Notes: generated by a model not told the origin, from the sequence alone. 64,000 nucleotides of DNA from Candidatus Eiseniibacteriota bacterium (GCA_041483195.1 JBGPFC010000009.1:1-64000); one strand, 5' to 3'; positions 48,005-58,513 are shown, numbered from the stretch's first letter. Translations and numbers: made by a program.

Positions 48005-49933
48005 TCAGAACGCCGGGCCGATCGCGAATTGACGCACGCCCTTGAGGCGCGCGTGTTCGAGCGTCGGGCGAAGGCTCCATGTGAAATCGATTCGCAGCGG
48101 GCCGATCGGCAGGTTCACGCGCGGGCCGAACCCCACGACGAAGCGCACGTCGCTCGGGTCGAGAGGCCGATGAGTCGCGCGCGGTTCGAACTGGCGCAGC
48201 TCGATCAGCGAGGGTCGCGCCCACACGTTGCCGGCGTCCGCGAACACCTCGAGGCCAAACGGACCGGCGAGCGGCACCCGGAATTCGAGGCTGGCTTCGA
48301 GCAGCGCGAGCCCCCCCGACGCCGGAAGACTGTTCTCGTCATACCCACGAATGGAGTTGACGCCGCCCGAGCGGAAACGATCCGTGAGCGGGACGCGCTG
48401 GACCTGGGGATCGAGCTTCGGATCGGGCGAGAACTGCACGTTCTCCCCGAACGGGCTGATGGCGCCCGCACGAACGCGGCTCGCCAGGATCCAGCCGTTC
48501 GAGAGCGGCGTGTACCATGCGGACGTGAGCTGCGCCTTGGTGAAGCTGCTGGTGCCCTTCAGCGGACCGCCCGCCACCTCGGCGGTCAGGTTCTGCACCG
48601 ACCCGCGGCTCGCGTTGAGCGGATTGTCGCGCAGGTCCCGATCCAGTCCGAGCTGAAGGCGGTGGGTGGTGAAATGGGGCGGCACGTTCAGCGTGAGCGA
48701 ATCCCTCACGAGCGGCGTGAGATCGGGGTCCCGCCAATCGATCGACTGCAGGACGAACGCGTTGTCCTGGGTGAGCGAAACCCGGGCGAACCGCCCGAGC
48801 TCGCGCCGCAACTGGAAGCTGAACCCTTTCGTCTCCTCGCCGATCACCCATCGCGGATCGGTCCGGTCTCTCCCGCGCTCGTAGTAGCCGCTCGCCTCTC
48901 CGCGCGTCCGGGTGTGGAGCAGCCACGGCTCGAGCAACGACACCTGGCTTCGGGTGAGCAGGAACCGCGCGCGGTCGTCGAACGCGATCCGCGACGAGAG
49001 CACACCCTGCACGGCACGGTTGCCCACGTTGCGATGACCCCACTCACCCGTCGAGCGGAAGCGCTCGGCGGTTCCGCTGCCGATGCCGGCGTCGACCCAG
49101 CGCGGCTTGCGCTCGCGCACGCGCAGGTCGACATCCACGCGGGATCGCGTCGAGTCGACGAACGGGGTCATCTGCACCTGGCTGAAGAGGCCGGTCTCGT
49201 AAAGCCGCTCGATCGAGCGCTCCATGCGCGGGTAGCGGTACACGTCGCCCTTCCGGATCAGCAGCTCGCGCCGGATGTAGCCCTCGCGCACCCGGCCCTC
49301 GGCCTGCGGCAGCACCAGCACGTCTCCGAAATAGTAGAGCGGGCCCTCGGTGACGTCGTACCGGATGTCCACGCGGAGCGCGTCGCGATGGGTCGCAGCG
49401 GTCACATGGGGAATGTAGCCGCGCTCCTGATAGGCCCGGGAGATGCGCGTGGTGTCGACGATCACGAACGACGGATTGAACGGCCTGCCGGCGCGCGCCG
49501 TGAGACGCCTGCGCAGCTGCTCGATGGGGTAGGCGCGAACCCCGTCGAAGCTCACCGTGCCGACCCGCGTGCGCGATCCCTCCTCGATCTCGAAGGTCAC
49601 GATCGCCTCGCGCGGATTGGCGCCCGACGTCACGCGCGCGTGCGCGCGCGCATCCAGGAATCCGTACTGTCGGCACACGGTCTCGATCGCGAGCGTGTCG
49701 GCGCGAAGGAAGTCGAGGCGCAGCGCGGGGCGCTCACCCCACGGCCAGATCGAGGGACGGCGCGTCTTGACCACCGACCAGATGTCCCGGGCCGGAACGC
49801 GGTGACGTCCGTGGACGCGAACCCGGACGATCACCCGGAGTTCGCTCGGGAACTCCTGTTGCGCATGGGCGTCACGCGCGCCGGGGCCGAGCAGAACGAG
49901 CACGAGCGACAACGCGATCCCGACGCGGCCCAT
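48005..49933 (-). CDS. tamA: TamA/BamA-family Omp85 protein with about 3 POTRA domains
   Basis: Signal peptide (AHA-QQ), POTRA motifs (YGFLDA, YQERGY, LYETGLFS), GGVNSIRGY, PIGPLRIDF and terminal GPAF. Confidence 0.85.
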   Translation of the reverse strand: MGRVGIALSLVLVLLGPGARDAHAQQEFPSELRVIVRVRVHGRHRVPARDIWSVVKTRRPSIWPWGERPALRLDFLRADTLAIETVCRQYGFLDARAHARVTSGANPREAIVTFEIEEGSRTRVGTVSFDGVRAYPIEQLRRRLTARAGRPFNPSFVIVDTTRISRAYQERGYIPHVTAATHRDALRVDIRYDVTEGPLYYFGDVLVLPQAEGRVREGYIRRELLIRKGDVYRYPRMERSIERLYETGLFSQVQMTPFVDSTRSRVDVDLRVRERKPRWVDAGIGSGTAERFRSTGEWGHRNVGNRAVQGVLSSRIAFDDRARFLLTRSQVSLLEPWLLHTRTRGEASGYYERGRDRTDPRWVIGEETKGFSFQLRRELGRFARVSLTQDNAFVLQSIDWRDPDLTPLVRDSLTLNVPPHFTTHRLQLGLDRDLRDNPLNASRGSVQNLTAEVAGGPLKGTSSFTKAQLTSAWYTPLSNGWILASRVRAGAISPFGENVQFSPDPKLDPQVQRVPLTDRFRSGGVNSIRGYDENSLPASGGLALLEASLEFRVPLAGPFGLEVFADAGNVWARPSLIELRQFEPRATHRPLDPSDVRFVVGFGPRVNLPIGPLRIDFTWSLRPTLEHARLKGVRQFAIGPAF

Positions 49934-49982
49934 GCGTGCCCGGGCTCCGGGCCAGCCGGCCGATCCCCCCGGAACCGGGGGA

Positions 49983-51368
49983 TCAGGGCGGTGATGGCGC
50001 AATCACTGTCTCCCTGGGAGCGGGCTGCGGGGCCCTGTCCAATGCGCGCTGCCTCTGGATCCAGCGCAGCGGATCGTTGGCCAGGATGAAGACGAACAGC
50101 GTCCCGATCACCACCAGCCCCACCTTCTGGAAGCGGAGATAACCACGGGCGGAGATCGCCCGACGGCGCAGCGCCTGGACCAGGGCCAGCAGGATGTGGC
50201 CCCCGTCCAGCACGGGGATGGGGAGCAGATTGAAGGCCATGATGGCGATATTGATCATCGCGAGAAATTGGAGATACGAGTCGAGTCCGCGCCGCGCCTG
50301 CTCGCTCGCGGCCTGCGCGATGAACATCGGGCCGCCCAGATATTCACGGTAGTAGAGGAACCTCGAGGCGGTGAGCCACATGCTTCCGTAGACCGAGACC
50401 ACCAGCGAACCCGTCGCGCGGAATCCGATCGCCACCGACTCGAGCAGCCCGTGTCGCTCGACGTACACGCCGTGACGCGGGGCCTCGATGCCGATCCGGG
50501 CGTTGGCGCCCGGCCCCCCGTCCGGATTGATCGGCTTCACATGGATCTCGAAGACGCGGCCACCGCGTTCGACGGTAAGCACCACGTCGCGATCGACCTG
50601 CCCGTGCAGCGCCTCGGGGAGCTGGTCCCAGGTGAGGATGGCGCGGCCATTCACCATCCGGATCCGGTCACCCTCCTTCAGCCCCGCCTTGTATGCCGGC
50701 ATCCCCGTCGCCACCGAGCCGACGATCGGCGGATCGGACGGGCGCCGCAGGCTCGACATCAGGGGCTCACGCTGGTCCGGCGTGAGCGAGAGGGCGAAGC
50801 GCTTTCCTTCCCGATCGATGGTCAGCGTCGCCGGGCGGCTCTCGGGCTGCTTCGAATTGGCCACGAAGATCTCGACCCAGCTCTTCACCTCGGTGCCGTT
50901 CACGGATACGACTCGATCGCCCTCCCGCAGGCCGGCGCGGTAGGCCGTGCTGCTGTCGGGGGTCGCGCCGAGGCGATTCGGAAAGTCCGGATAGCTCACG
51001 CCCACGATTCCCACCACGACCAGCGCGACGAATGCCGCGATCAGATTGGCGGCCGGGCCGGCGATCGCGATCAGCAGACGACCAAACCAGGGGTGGGAGA
51101 GAAATTCCTCTGGCGAGCCGGGCATCGTGCCGTCTTCCCCGGGACTGTCCCCCGCCATCTGCACGAACCCGCCGAGGGGAAACCACGCGACGCGGTATTC
51201 GGTCTCGCCGCGCCGAAACGCCACCATCGCGGGGCCGAATCCGAGCGAGAAGCGGAGCACGCGAACGCCCCGCCACTTGGCCATCAGAAAATGGCCGAGC
51301 TCATGCACGAAAATGACCAGGCCGAGCAGCACGACGCCCGGCACCACGGCGTTCCAAATCACTGTCAA
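49983..51368 (-). CDS. rseP: RIP metalloprotease RseP
   Basis: HELGH, PLGGFV, AGPAAN, two PDZ domains and NLLPIPVLDGG. TTG start with AAGGAG SD. Confidence 0.96.
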   Translation of the reverse strand: MTVIWNAVVPGVVLLGLVIFVHELGHFLMAKWRGVRVLRFSLGFGPAMVAFRRGETEYRVAWFPLGGFVQMAGDSPGEDGTMPGSPEEFLSHPWFGRLLIAIAGPAANLIAAFVALVVVGIVGVSYPDFPNRLGATPDSSTAYRAGLREGDRVVSVNGTEVKSWVEIFVANSKQPESRPATLTIDREGKRFALSLTPDQREPLMSSLRRPSDPPIVGSVATGMPAYKAGLKEGDRIRMVNGRAILTWDQLPEALHGQVDRDVVLTVERGGRVFEIHVKPINPDGGPGANARIGIEAPRHGVYVERHGLLESVAIGFRATGSLVVSVYGSMWLTASRFLYYREYLGGPMFIAQAASEQARRGLDSYLQFLAMINIAIMAFNLLPIPVLDGGHILLALVQALRRRAISARGYLRFQKVGLVVIGTLFVFILANDPLRWIQRQRALDRAPQPAPRETVIAPSPP

Positions 51369-51394
51369 CTCCTTAGAAAATCAGCCCGTTGCGC

Positions 51395-51423
51395 AGGCTA
51401 ACCCCGCCTCACGGGAGCGTCAA
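51395..51423 (-). promoter_or_regulatory. Sigma70-type promoter for rseP
   Basis: TTGACG-N17-TAGCCT. Confidence 0.55.
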
Positions 51424-51519
51424 GGATGCGGCCGTGGGAGCCGCCCCGCGACCCGGGCCGGGACGCGAAACACTTGCAAGAGACGGACCGCGCGGAGCGC
51501 CCGCCGCGATCGCCCGGAC

Positions 51520-52623
51520 TCAGGGATCGCCGCGTCTGCCGCGCAACACGCTGTCGTACGCTTGCAGCGTGCGCACGACCATGGCATCGGCGCTGAAATC
51601 GCGCACGGCCGCCTGCGCCGCCGCCGCCCGGCGTGCGGCACCCGGCGCGTCGGCGAGTGCATCGAGCACGGCCGAAGCGAGCGCCGCCGGGTCGCGCGGC
51701 GGGACCAGCCTCCCGGTGCGACCCTCCTCCACGATGTCCGGAATTCCTCCCACCGCGGTCGCGACGATCGGGATGCCCAGCGCCTGCGCGTCGAGCAGCG
51801 ACGTGCACATGCCCTCGAGGTAGGACGCGAGCGCGAACAGGCTGAACTGGGCGAGCAGTCCGCGCGCGTCGTCACGAAAGCCGAGAACGTGCACGCGCTG
51901 ACCCAGGCCGGACTCGCGAATCTGCCGTTCGAGCGCGGGACGGCACGGACCCTCGCCCACCCACACGAAGCGCGCATCGGGCCGCGCGCGCAGGACGATC
52001 GTGGCGGCGCGGGCGAGATCCGCGTGGTTCTTGTGGGGGGCGAGCGCTGCGACTGTGCCCACGATCGGGGCCTCGCGCGGTGCGCCGATCAGGGCGTGGA
52101 GATCCGCGGCGGCGGCGACACCGGCGCCCGCCGCCGGCAGCTCCACGCCGCTCGGGACCAGCGCGAGCCGCGCCTCCGGCACACCCCCCGCGCGCATCAC
52201 CTCCATCACCCCGCGACTGATGCACAGGTAGCGGTCCACTGGAAGGCGGTACTTGATGCGGCTCGGCCAGTGACCCGCGATCGCGAAGTCGACGCGACGA
52301 GAGACGACGACGCCCGGCACGCCGGCGAGTCGCGCGGCCGGCACTCCGACCGCATGCGCATGCGCGCTGTGACAGTGCACGATGTCGGGGCCTGCCCGTC
52401 GCAGCGCACGCGCGGCGGCCAGCATCGCGACCGCGTCCCACTCGAATCGCGGCCGCCAGGCTCGCGCCTCCATCCCCTCCGCCGCCGCGCGCTCGAGCAG
52501 CGGGCCCCGCGGCGCCAGCAGCAGGCAGGCATGGCCGCGCATGCGCAGCCCGCGCATCAGGAGCAGCACCTGCGCCTGACCTCCGCGCCAGCTCCGGCCG
52601 GTATCGAGATGGGCGATCTTCAA
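51520..52623 (-). CDS. GT4-family glycosyltransferase
   Basis: KIAHLDT..WRGGQ, HKNH and SYLEGMCTSLLDA..GIPIVAT.VGGIPDI. TTG start overlaps the upstream stop. Confidence 0.9.
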   Translation of the reverse strand: MKIAHLDTGRSWRGGQAQVLLLMRGLRMRGHACLLLAPRGPLLERAAAEGMEARAWRPRFEWDAVAMLAAARALRRAGPDIVHCHSAHAHAVGVPAARLAGVPGVVVSRRVDFAIAGHWPSRIKYRLPVDRYLCISRGVMEVMRAGGVPEARLALVPSGVELPAAGAGVAAAADLHALIGAPREAPIVGTVAALAPHKNHADLARAATIVLRARPDARFVWVGEGPCRPALERQIRESGLGQRVHVLGFRDDARGLLAQFSLFALASYLEGMCTSLLDAQALGIPIVATAVGGIPDIVEEGRTGRLVPPRDPAALASAVLDALADAPGAARRAAAAQAAVRDFSADAMVVRTLQAYDSVLRGRRGDP

Positions 52624-53696
52624 GCGAAGGCCTCGCTGCGCCCTTCGATCGCCGCTCGCAGGCTCGCTCCGATGCGCTCGGCGGTCGCCACCTCGCCGGC
52701 GCGGGCCCTCGCGCGCGCGCTCAAGTCCGCGCGACGCTGCGGATCCGCGATCAGGTCGCGCAACGCGACCGCCAGCGCCTCGGCGTTCCCGCGGGGCACC
52801 GCCACCAGATGGACGCCGGGTTCGAACACCTCGCGCAGTCCCGGGCCATCTCCGGTGATCACCGCACGGCCGCCGGCCAAACCCTGGTAGACCTTGTGCG
52901 GGATGACGCGGCCCGCCTTCTCGCCGGCGCCGAACGCGCCGAGGACGATGTCGGCATCGCCGAGCACGCGCGGCGCGTCCGCGTACGGGATCTCCCCCGC
53001 GAAATCCACGCGCTCGACGGCGGCGCTCGCGGCCAGCTCGCGCGCCCGATCGAACTCGATCCCCTTCCCGGCGAGCGTGATGCGGTAGGGCGGCAACGAC
53101 GGCGCGTCGCGCTGGAGGCGCGCCGCGGCCTCGATCACGAGCGGCACGCCGTGCAGCGGAAGGAATCCTCCGAGGTAGGTGACCCGCACCACGGAGGCGG
53201 GGACGGCCCGCGGGATGTCGAAGAACGAGTCCTCCGCTCCGACCAGCACGCGGCGCAGCCGCTCCCGGCGCGCGCCCAGCGAGACGTACAGCTCGCCGTG
53301 CGCCCAGGTGTCGCACAGCACGAGATCGGCGAGCGCCAGCGACCACCGATCGATGCCGCGGTTCCACCTGGCCTGCCCCGAGTCGCCGGCATGCAGCCCC
53401 CAGTCCGCGACCAGCGTGTCGTATCGCGATACCAGAGGATCGAATACCAGGACGCGCCGGCCGCGAAGGAGCCGGGCGAGCGGCATGTCCTTGTGGCGAA
53501 ACTCGGGAACCAGCAGCACGTCGGCGGCATCGACGCGGCGCGCGAGCGCGAGGGCGAGCGCCGGATACCGAAACACCGCGCGGCGCTCGCGTGCGTGCGC
53601 CTCGAGCACCTCGGCGCCGGCTCGACGGAGGCCCTCGCGCAGGATGCGATTGCGCGGGTAGCCGCGGTCGTAGGCGCCGAAGAAACAGACCCGCAT
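52620..53696 (-). CDS. GT4-family glycosyltransferase
   Basis: MRVCFFG, YLGGFLPLHG and IPHKVYQGLAGGRAVIT (GT-B pattern). Confidence 0.85.
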   Translation of the reverse strand: MRVCFFGAYDRGYPRNRILREGLRRAGAEVLEAHARERRAVFRYPALALALARRVDAADVLLVPEFRHKDMPLARLLRGRRVLVFDPLVSRYDTLVADWGLHAGDSGQARWNRGIDRWSLALADLVLCDTWAHGELYVSLGARRERLRRVLVGAEDSFFDIPRAVPASVVRVTYLGGFLPLHGVPLVIEAAARLQRDAPSLPPYRITLAGKGIEFDRARELAASAAVERVDFAGEIPYADAPRVLGDADIVLGAFGAGEKAGRVIPHKVYQGLAGGRAVITGDGPGLREVFEPGVHLVAVPRGNAEALAVALRDLIADPQRRADLSARARARAGEVATAERIGASLRAAIEGRSEAFA

Positions 53697-54487
53697 CAGG
53701 TGCGCTCCCGCGGACCACCCTCGAGCCCGCCACCCCCGGACCGCGGCCCCGCCCACAGCGCGGCATACTTGAGAAACACCTGCGCCGCGGCGAGCGCGCA
53801 CACCGCGGCGCCGTGCGCGCCGTCGAGCCACCCCGCCTGCAGCACGTACATGCGCATGAAGCGGAGCGGAGGCCTCAGCACGAGGTCGGCCGCGCTCGCA
53901 TGCCGTCCCGCGCGCCGCGCCTGCTCGGCGCCCGCCGCCGCGTAACGCAGCAGCTTGTCGCGGCAGTCGTCCCATCGTTCGTAGCTGCGGTGTTCGATCG
54001 TACCCGGCAGGTCGGCGACCGGCCCCGCGATCCGAACCTGCTCGTGGACCTGCGTTTCGTCGAACGCCGCGGCCTCCCGCCGGAACAGGCGCAGCACGCG
54101 CTCGCCCTGCCATCCGCAGTGGCGGATGCGCCGCCCCAGGAACCAGGTCGCACGCGCGAAGCGATACCCCGCCGCTTCCCCCCGCGTCACCGCCGCGCGG
54201 ATCGCCTCGATCGCGTTCGCGTCGAGGCGTTCGTCGGCGTCGAGCCACAGCACCCAGGGCTCTCGGGCCTGGGCGAGGGCGAACCGCCGCTGAGGCCCGA
54301 ACCCGTCGAGCGCGCGCTCGAACACCCGCGCGCCGAGGCGCGCGGCGACCTCACGGCTGGCGTCGCGGGTCGCGGCGTCCACCACGACCACGATCTCGCG
54401 CGCGAAGCCGAGCCCCGGCAGCAGGCCCTCGAGGCGCGCCGCCTCGTCACGCGCGATGAGCAGGATCGAGACCGGCAGCGGGTCCAT
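53696..54487 (-). CDS. GT2-family glycosyltransferase (LPS core type)
   Basis: SILLIARDE, EIVVVVD, GFGPQR, WVLWLDADE, VHE and GWLDG motifs. Confidence 0.9.
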   Translation of the reverse strand: MDPLPVSILLIARDEAARLEGLLPGLGFAREIVVVVDAATRDASREVAARLGARVFERALDGFGPQRRFALAQAREPWVLWLDADERLDANAIEAIRAAVTRGEAAGYRFARATWFLGRRIRHCGWQGERVLRLFRREAAAFDETQVHEQVRIAGPVADLPGTIEHRSYERWDDCRDKLLRYAAAGAEQARRAGRHASAADLVLRPPLRFMRMYVLQAGWLDGAHGAAVCALAAAQVFLKYAALWAGPRSGGGGLEGGPRERT

Positions 54488-55487
54488 GGCGCTCGAGGTG
54501 GGCGAGAAGGTGACGCGCCGCAACATCCGGCGCGAGGGTGGGCATGCAGTTCCAGTGCGGGCACACCGTGCGATCGCAGGCGCGGCACGGCAGATCGGTC
54601 TGCACGAAGCCGTGACGCTCGCCCGGGGGATTCCAGGTGTCAGGGTGCGTCGGACCGAACCACGCGAAGCTCGCGACGCCGAGCGCGGCCGCGAGGTGAC
54701 GCGGTCCGCTGTCCGTCCCAGCCACTGCCGCGAGCCGCGCGATCACGGCCGCGAGAACAGCGACGTCGCACGCGCCGAGCGTCATCACGCCGGGGGTGAG
54801 CGACGCGATCGCGCTCGCGATCGCGTCCTCCCCCGGGCCGCCGAGCACCAGCACGTGCCACCCGGCCGCGAGCACCCGCCGCGCCAGCGCCGCCACGTGG
54901 GAGACGGGCCAGGTCTTGGTGGGCCAGCTTCCGGCCGCGACCAGCCCCACCGTGCGGGCGGGCGCGCGGACTCCGGCAGCCGCGAGCAGCGCGGCGGCGG
55001 CGGCGCGCGCGGACGCGCTCGTCGAGACCCGGGGCTCGAGTCCATCCGCCACTCCACCGGCCGCGACCGCGAGACGCACGTGGGTGGCGGAGGCGTGCTC
55101 GCGATGTCCGCCCGGCAGGGCGAGCGTGCGCGGCACTCGCGTGCGGTAAGCATGTCGCCGCGCGCGCAGCGCGTAGCCCGCCGTGAAGCGCGCGCCGCTC
55201 AGCGCGGTGAGGGTTGCGCTCCGGGGATTGCCGAAGAAATCCACGGCGCGTTCGATTCGCAGACGCCTGAGCGACGCCGCGAGACGCACCAGCGCGCCGG
55301 TCGTGCGATCGAGCGGCCAGACCCGGTCCACGCCGTCGAGGCCCTCGAGCAATGGCGCGTAGCGCGGCTCGGTCACCACTTCGAGGCGGGCGTCGGGAAA
55401 TCCGCGGCGTAGCGCGCGCAGCGCTGGCGTGATGAGCACCACGTCGCCCAACGCGCGCAGCCGGATGGCGAGCACCGTCGCGCTCAC
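54447..55487 (-). CDS. GT9-family (heptosyltransferase-like) glycosyltransferase
   Basis: IRLRALGDV, KTWP, TDSGPRHLAAA, FGPT and a C-terminal CxxC..C..C. Confidence 0.92.
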   Translation of the reverse strand: MSATVLAIRLRALGDVVLITPALRALRRGFPDARLEVVTEPRYAPLLEGLDGVDRVWPLDRTTGALVRLAASLRRLRIERAVDFFGNPRSATLTALSGARFTAGYALRARRHAYRTRVPRTLALPGGHREHASATHVRLAVAAGGVADGLEPRVSTSASARAAAAALLAAAGVRAPARTVGLVAAGSWPTKTWPVSHVAALARRVLAAGWHVLVLGGPGEDAIASAIASLTPGVMTLGACDVAVLAAVIARLAAVAGTDSGPRHLAAALGVASFAWFGPTHPDTWNPPGERHGFVQTDLPCRACDRTVCPHWNCMPTLAPDVAARHLLAHLERHGPAAGLDPAHRA

Positions 55488-55548
55488 TCCCGCCCCGCGT
55501 CGCGTGCGCGCACCGGTGACAACAGATCGCGGCCCGCGTGCGCGTCGC

Positions 55549-56715
55549 TCATTGCCGCACCATCGCGGCCCGCGCCGCCTCGCGCGCCATGCTGTCGACC
55601 TCGACGAGCTGAGCCAGCGATTCGACCGGCTCGACGCGATGCCGCTCCAGCACGCGCTCGACCAGCGCCGGGACCTCGCCGAGCGTGATCTCGCCATCGA
55701 GAAACCCCTGCACCGCCACTTCGTCTGCGGCATTCAGAACGCATGGGGCGGTGCCGCCCGCGCGGCCCGCCGCGAGCGCCACGTCGAACGCGGGGTGGCG
55801 GCCGGCCGGAATCGGCGCGAACTCGAGCCCACGGAGCGCCGCCACGTCGAGCGGCGCGACCGCCTCGCTCCAGCGCTCCGGCCATGACAGGGCGAGCTGG
55901 ATCGGAAGACGCATGTCGGGCGGCGCGGCTTGCAGCACCGTCGAGCCGTCCCGAAACGTGACCAGCGCGTGGATCAGCGCCTGGGGATGGAGCACGGCGT
56001 CGAGGCGCGACCAGTCCAGATCGAAGAGCCAGCGCGCCTCGATCAGCTCGAGCCCCTTGTTGAAAAGCAATGCCGAGTCCACGGTGATGCGCGCTCCCAT
56101 GGCCCACACCGGGTGCGCGAGCACCTCCGCGCGCGTGGCGCGCCGCCAGTCGGGGTGCGAACGCAGCGCTCCGCCCGAAGCGGTGAGCGTCAGCCGCGCG
56201 ATCTCCTCCGGGGCCCGCCCTCCCAGACATTGCAGCGCGGCGCTGTGTTCACTGTCCACCGGGATCAGCTCTCCGCCGCGCGCGAGCGCTTCGCGCACCA
56301 GCGCGCCCCCGATCACCAGCGTCTCCTTGTTGGCGAGCGCGAGGCGGGCGCCACGCTCGAGCGCCGCGAGCGAGGCCGCGAGCCCCGCCGCCCCCACGAT
56401 GCCGTTGAGGACGACGTCGGCATCGGGGCGAGCGGCGACCCGTGCCGCCGCGCCGGTCCCGATCTCGATCACGGCCCCCGGCGAGGCTTCCGCCAGCGCC
56501 CGTCGCGCCAGCCCGGGGTCGGGTGCCCGCTCGAGCGCGAGCGCCAGCGGCCGCCAGTGTCTCGCCTGCTCGCACAGCGCATCGAGCCCGCCCCCCGCCG
56601 CGAGGGCCGTCACGCGCACGCGGTCGCTTTCACGCGTGGCGACCTCGAGGGCCTGGCGGCCAATCGAGCCCGTCGACCCGAGTACCGCGAGTCGGCGCGC
56701 CCCGGTCCCCGTCAT
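55549..56715 (-). CDS. dxr: 1-deoxy-D-xylulose-5-phosphate reductoisomerase
   Basis: LGSTGSIG, LANKE, PVDSEH, TASGG, HPVWAMG, NKGLE and NAADE motifs. Confidence 0.96.
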   Translation of the reverse strand: MTGTGARRLAVLGSTGSIGRQALEVATRESDRVRVTALAAGGGLDALCEQARHWRPLALALERAPDPGLARRALAEASPGAVIEIGTGAAARVAARPDADVVLNGIVGAAGLAASLAALERGARLALANKETLVIGGALVREALARGGELIPVDSEHSAALQCLGGRAPEEIARLTLTASGGALRSHPDWRRATRAEVLAHPVWAMGARITVDSALLFNKGLELIEARWLFDLDWSRLDAVLHPQALIHALVTFRDGSTVLQAAPPDMRLPIQLALSWPERWSEAVAPLDVAALRGLEFAPIPAGRHPAFDVALAAGRAGGTAPCVLNAADEVAVQGFLDGEITLGEVPALVERVLERHRVEPVESLAQLVEVDSMAREAARAAMVRQ

Positions 56716-57641
56716 GGCACGCGAAACACGGCGATCTTCAGGAAGTAGAAGGTCAGCGGGGCCGCGAAGTAGAGACTGTCGAACCGATCGAGGATGCCGC
56801 CGTGTCCTGGGATCATGTCGGACGAATCGCCGTGCTGCGCATCGCGCTTGAGCAGCGACTCCACGAGGTCGCCGACCTGCGCGAACACGCCGACCAGCAG
56901 GCCGAGCGCGGCCGCGCTCGAGGCCCCGAGGAACGGCGCGAACCACGCGCGCGCGACGAGCGAGGCCAGCACGGCCGCTGCGAGACCGCCAATCGCCCCT
57001 TCCACCGACTTGCGCGGCGAGATTCGCATCCACGGCCGATTGCGGCCGAGCGCCCGCCCCACCGCGTAGGCGCCGGTATCGCAGCTCCAGGTGACGAAGA
57101 ACGCGAGCAGCACGTACGAAGCGCCGTCCGCGTACGCGGTGCCCGCGCGCCACGGCAGCTCGCGGAGCAGTACGAGATGCGCCGAGAGCCAGCCCACGTA
57201 GAGCACCCCGAACAGCGTGACCGCCATGCCTTCCACCTGGCGCGGCCGATCGGCGCGGCGCAACCCCAGCGCGAGCACCAGCAGCAGCGCGGCGGTCGCG
57301 AGAAAATCCGCCTGGCTCGCGTGCGGGCGGTACGCCACCCAGAGCACGCCGATCCCCGAGAGGATTCCGAGCGGCACGTCGGGCTTCAGCCCCTTGCCTC
57401 GCATCATGCGGTAGAACTCGACCAGGCCGAGCGTCACCTGGAGCCCGACGAACCCGACGAACGCGAGTCCGCCCGCGCGGGCGAGCAGGATCAGCAGCGG
57501 CACGAACACCAGCCCGCTCGCGATGCGCCAGCGCAACGACCAGCCGGAGGCCTTCGCGTTGGGCGTCTGCGGGGCCGGCAGCTCGCCGCCCTCCGGCACG
57601 AGCGCTGCCGCGGACGCCCGGCCCTCGGCCTCCGCGTTCAA
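56712..57641 (-). CDS. cdsA: Phosphatidate cytidylyltransferase
   Basis: DTGAY, SPRKSVEG, GDLVESLLKR and PGHGGILDRFDS motifs. Probable TTG start overlapping uppS stop. Confidence 0.93.
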   Translation of the reverse strand: MNAEAEGRASAAALVPEGGELPAPQTPNAKASGWSLRWRIASGLVFVPLLILLARAGGLAFVGFVGLQVTLGLVEFYRMMRGKGLKPDVPLGILSGIGVLWVAYRPHASQADFLATAALLLVLALGLRRADRPRQVEGMAVTLFGVLYVGWLSAHLVLLRELPWRAGTAYADGASYVLLAFFVTWSCDTGAYAVGRALGRNRPWMRISPRKSVEGAIGGLAAAVLASLVARAWFAPFLGASSAAALGLLVGVFAQVGDLVESLLKRDAQHGDSSDMIPGHGGILDRFDSLYFAAPLTFYFLKIAVFRVP

Positions 57642-58381
57642 TCGACCCTCCCGAAGCGCCGCTCGCGGCGTTGGAAATCGGCGACGGCGTCGAACAGATG
57701 CTTGCGGCGAAAGTCGGGCCAGAGCGTGTCCGTGATCCACAATTCGGTATAGGCCAGCTGCCAGAGCATGAAGTTCGACAGTCGCATCTCGCCGCTGGTG
57801 CGGATCAGGAGATCGGGGTCCGGGAGCCCGGCGGTGTAGAGATGCTCCGCGACGAACGCGTCGTCCACGCCGTCGGGATCGATTCGCTCGCGGCGTGACT
57901 CCCTCAGAATCGCCTTCACCGCGTCGACCAGCTCGGCACGGCCGCTGTATGAGAGCGCGAGATTCAGGAGCAGCCCGGTGGAGGCCGCGAGGTAGGCCTG
58001 AGTCTCGGCGATGGCCTTGCGCACCGAGGCGGGAAGCTCTTCGGTGCGGCCGATCACGGCGAGCCGCACGTTGTTGCGGCGCAGCTCGGCGCGTTCGGCG
58101 CGCAGCGTGCGCTCGAGGATGCCCATCAGCGCCTGCACCTCGCGATGGGGACGGTTCCAGTTCTCGATCGAGAACGTGTAGAGCGTCAGGAACTCGATCC
58201 CGAGCGCGACGCAACCCTTCACCGCCTCACGCACCGACTCGCGTGCCGCGCGGTGGCCCATGAGTCGCGCCGCCCCGCGCGCGCGCGCCCAGCGGCCGTT
58301 GCCGTCCATGATGATGGCGACGTGCCGCGGCAGATTGCCGCGTGCCTTGAGCTCCTCGGGTGTGGGAACGCGAGCCGGCAA
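57638..58381 (-). CDS. uppS: Undecaprenyl diphosphate synthase
   Basis: HVAIIMDGNGRWA, FSIENWNRP, IRTSGEMRLSNF and RERRFG motifs. Confidence 0.97.
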   Translation of the reverse strand: MPARVPTPEELKARGNLPRHVAIIMDGNGRWARARGAARLMGHRAARESVREAVKGCVALGIEFLTLYTFSIENWNRPHREVQALMGILERTLRAERAELRRNNVRLAVIGRTEELPASVRKAIAETQAYLAASTGLLLNLALSYSGRAELVDAVKAILRESRRERIDPDGVDDAFVAEHLYTAGLPDPDLLIRTSGEMRLSNFMLWQLAYTELWITDTLWPDFRRKHLFDAVADFQRRERRFGRVD

Positions 58382-58513
58382 GAGTTCCCCCGGACGACAG
58401 TCGAGAACGGTGCGGCTACAGACGAACGAGGGCGCGGCGCTCGGAGCCTCGGCTCGATCCGACCGCGATCGCGCGACCGGACGGGCGCGGCCTTCGCCGC
58501 GAGTGCGCCCCGA

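Noticed and set aside
46976..50089. Very long plus-strand ORFs (also 37805-40654, 13764-16295, 60466-62430 and many others)
   Set aside because: They are antisense shadows of well-supported minus-strand genes. They are Arg/Ala/Pro-rich with no family motifs, as expected from stop-codon scarcity at high GC.
55549..56715. Divergent Dxr motifs (TASGGALR, HPQA)
   Set aside because: The metal- and substrate-binding DSEH, H-x-x-W-x-M and NKGLE motifs are intact, so this looks like ordinary divergence.
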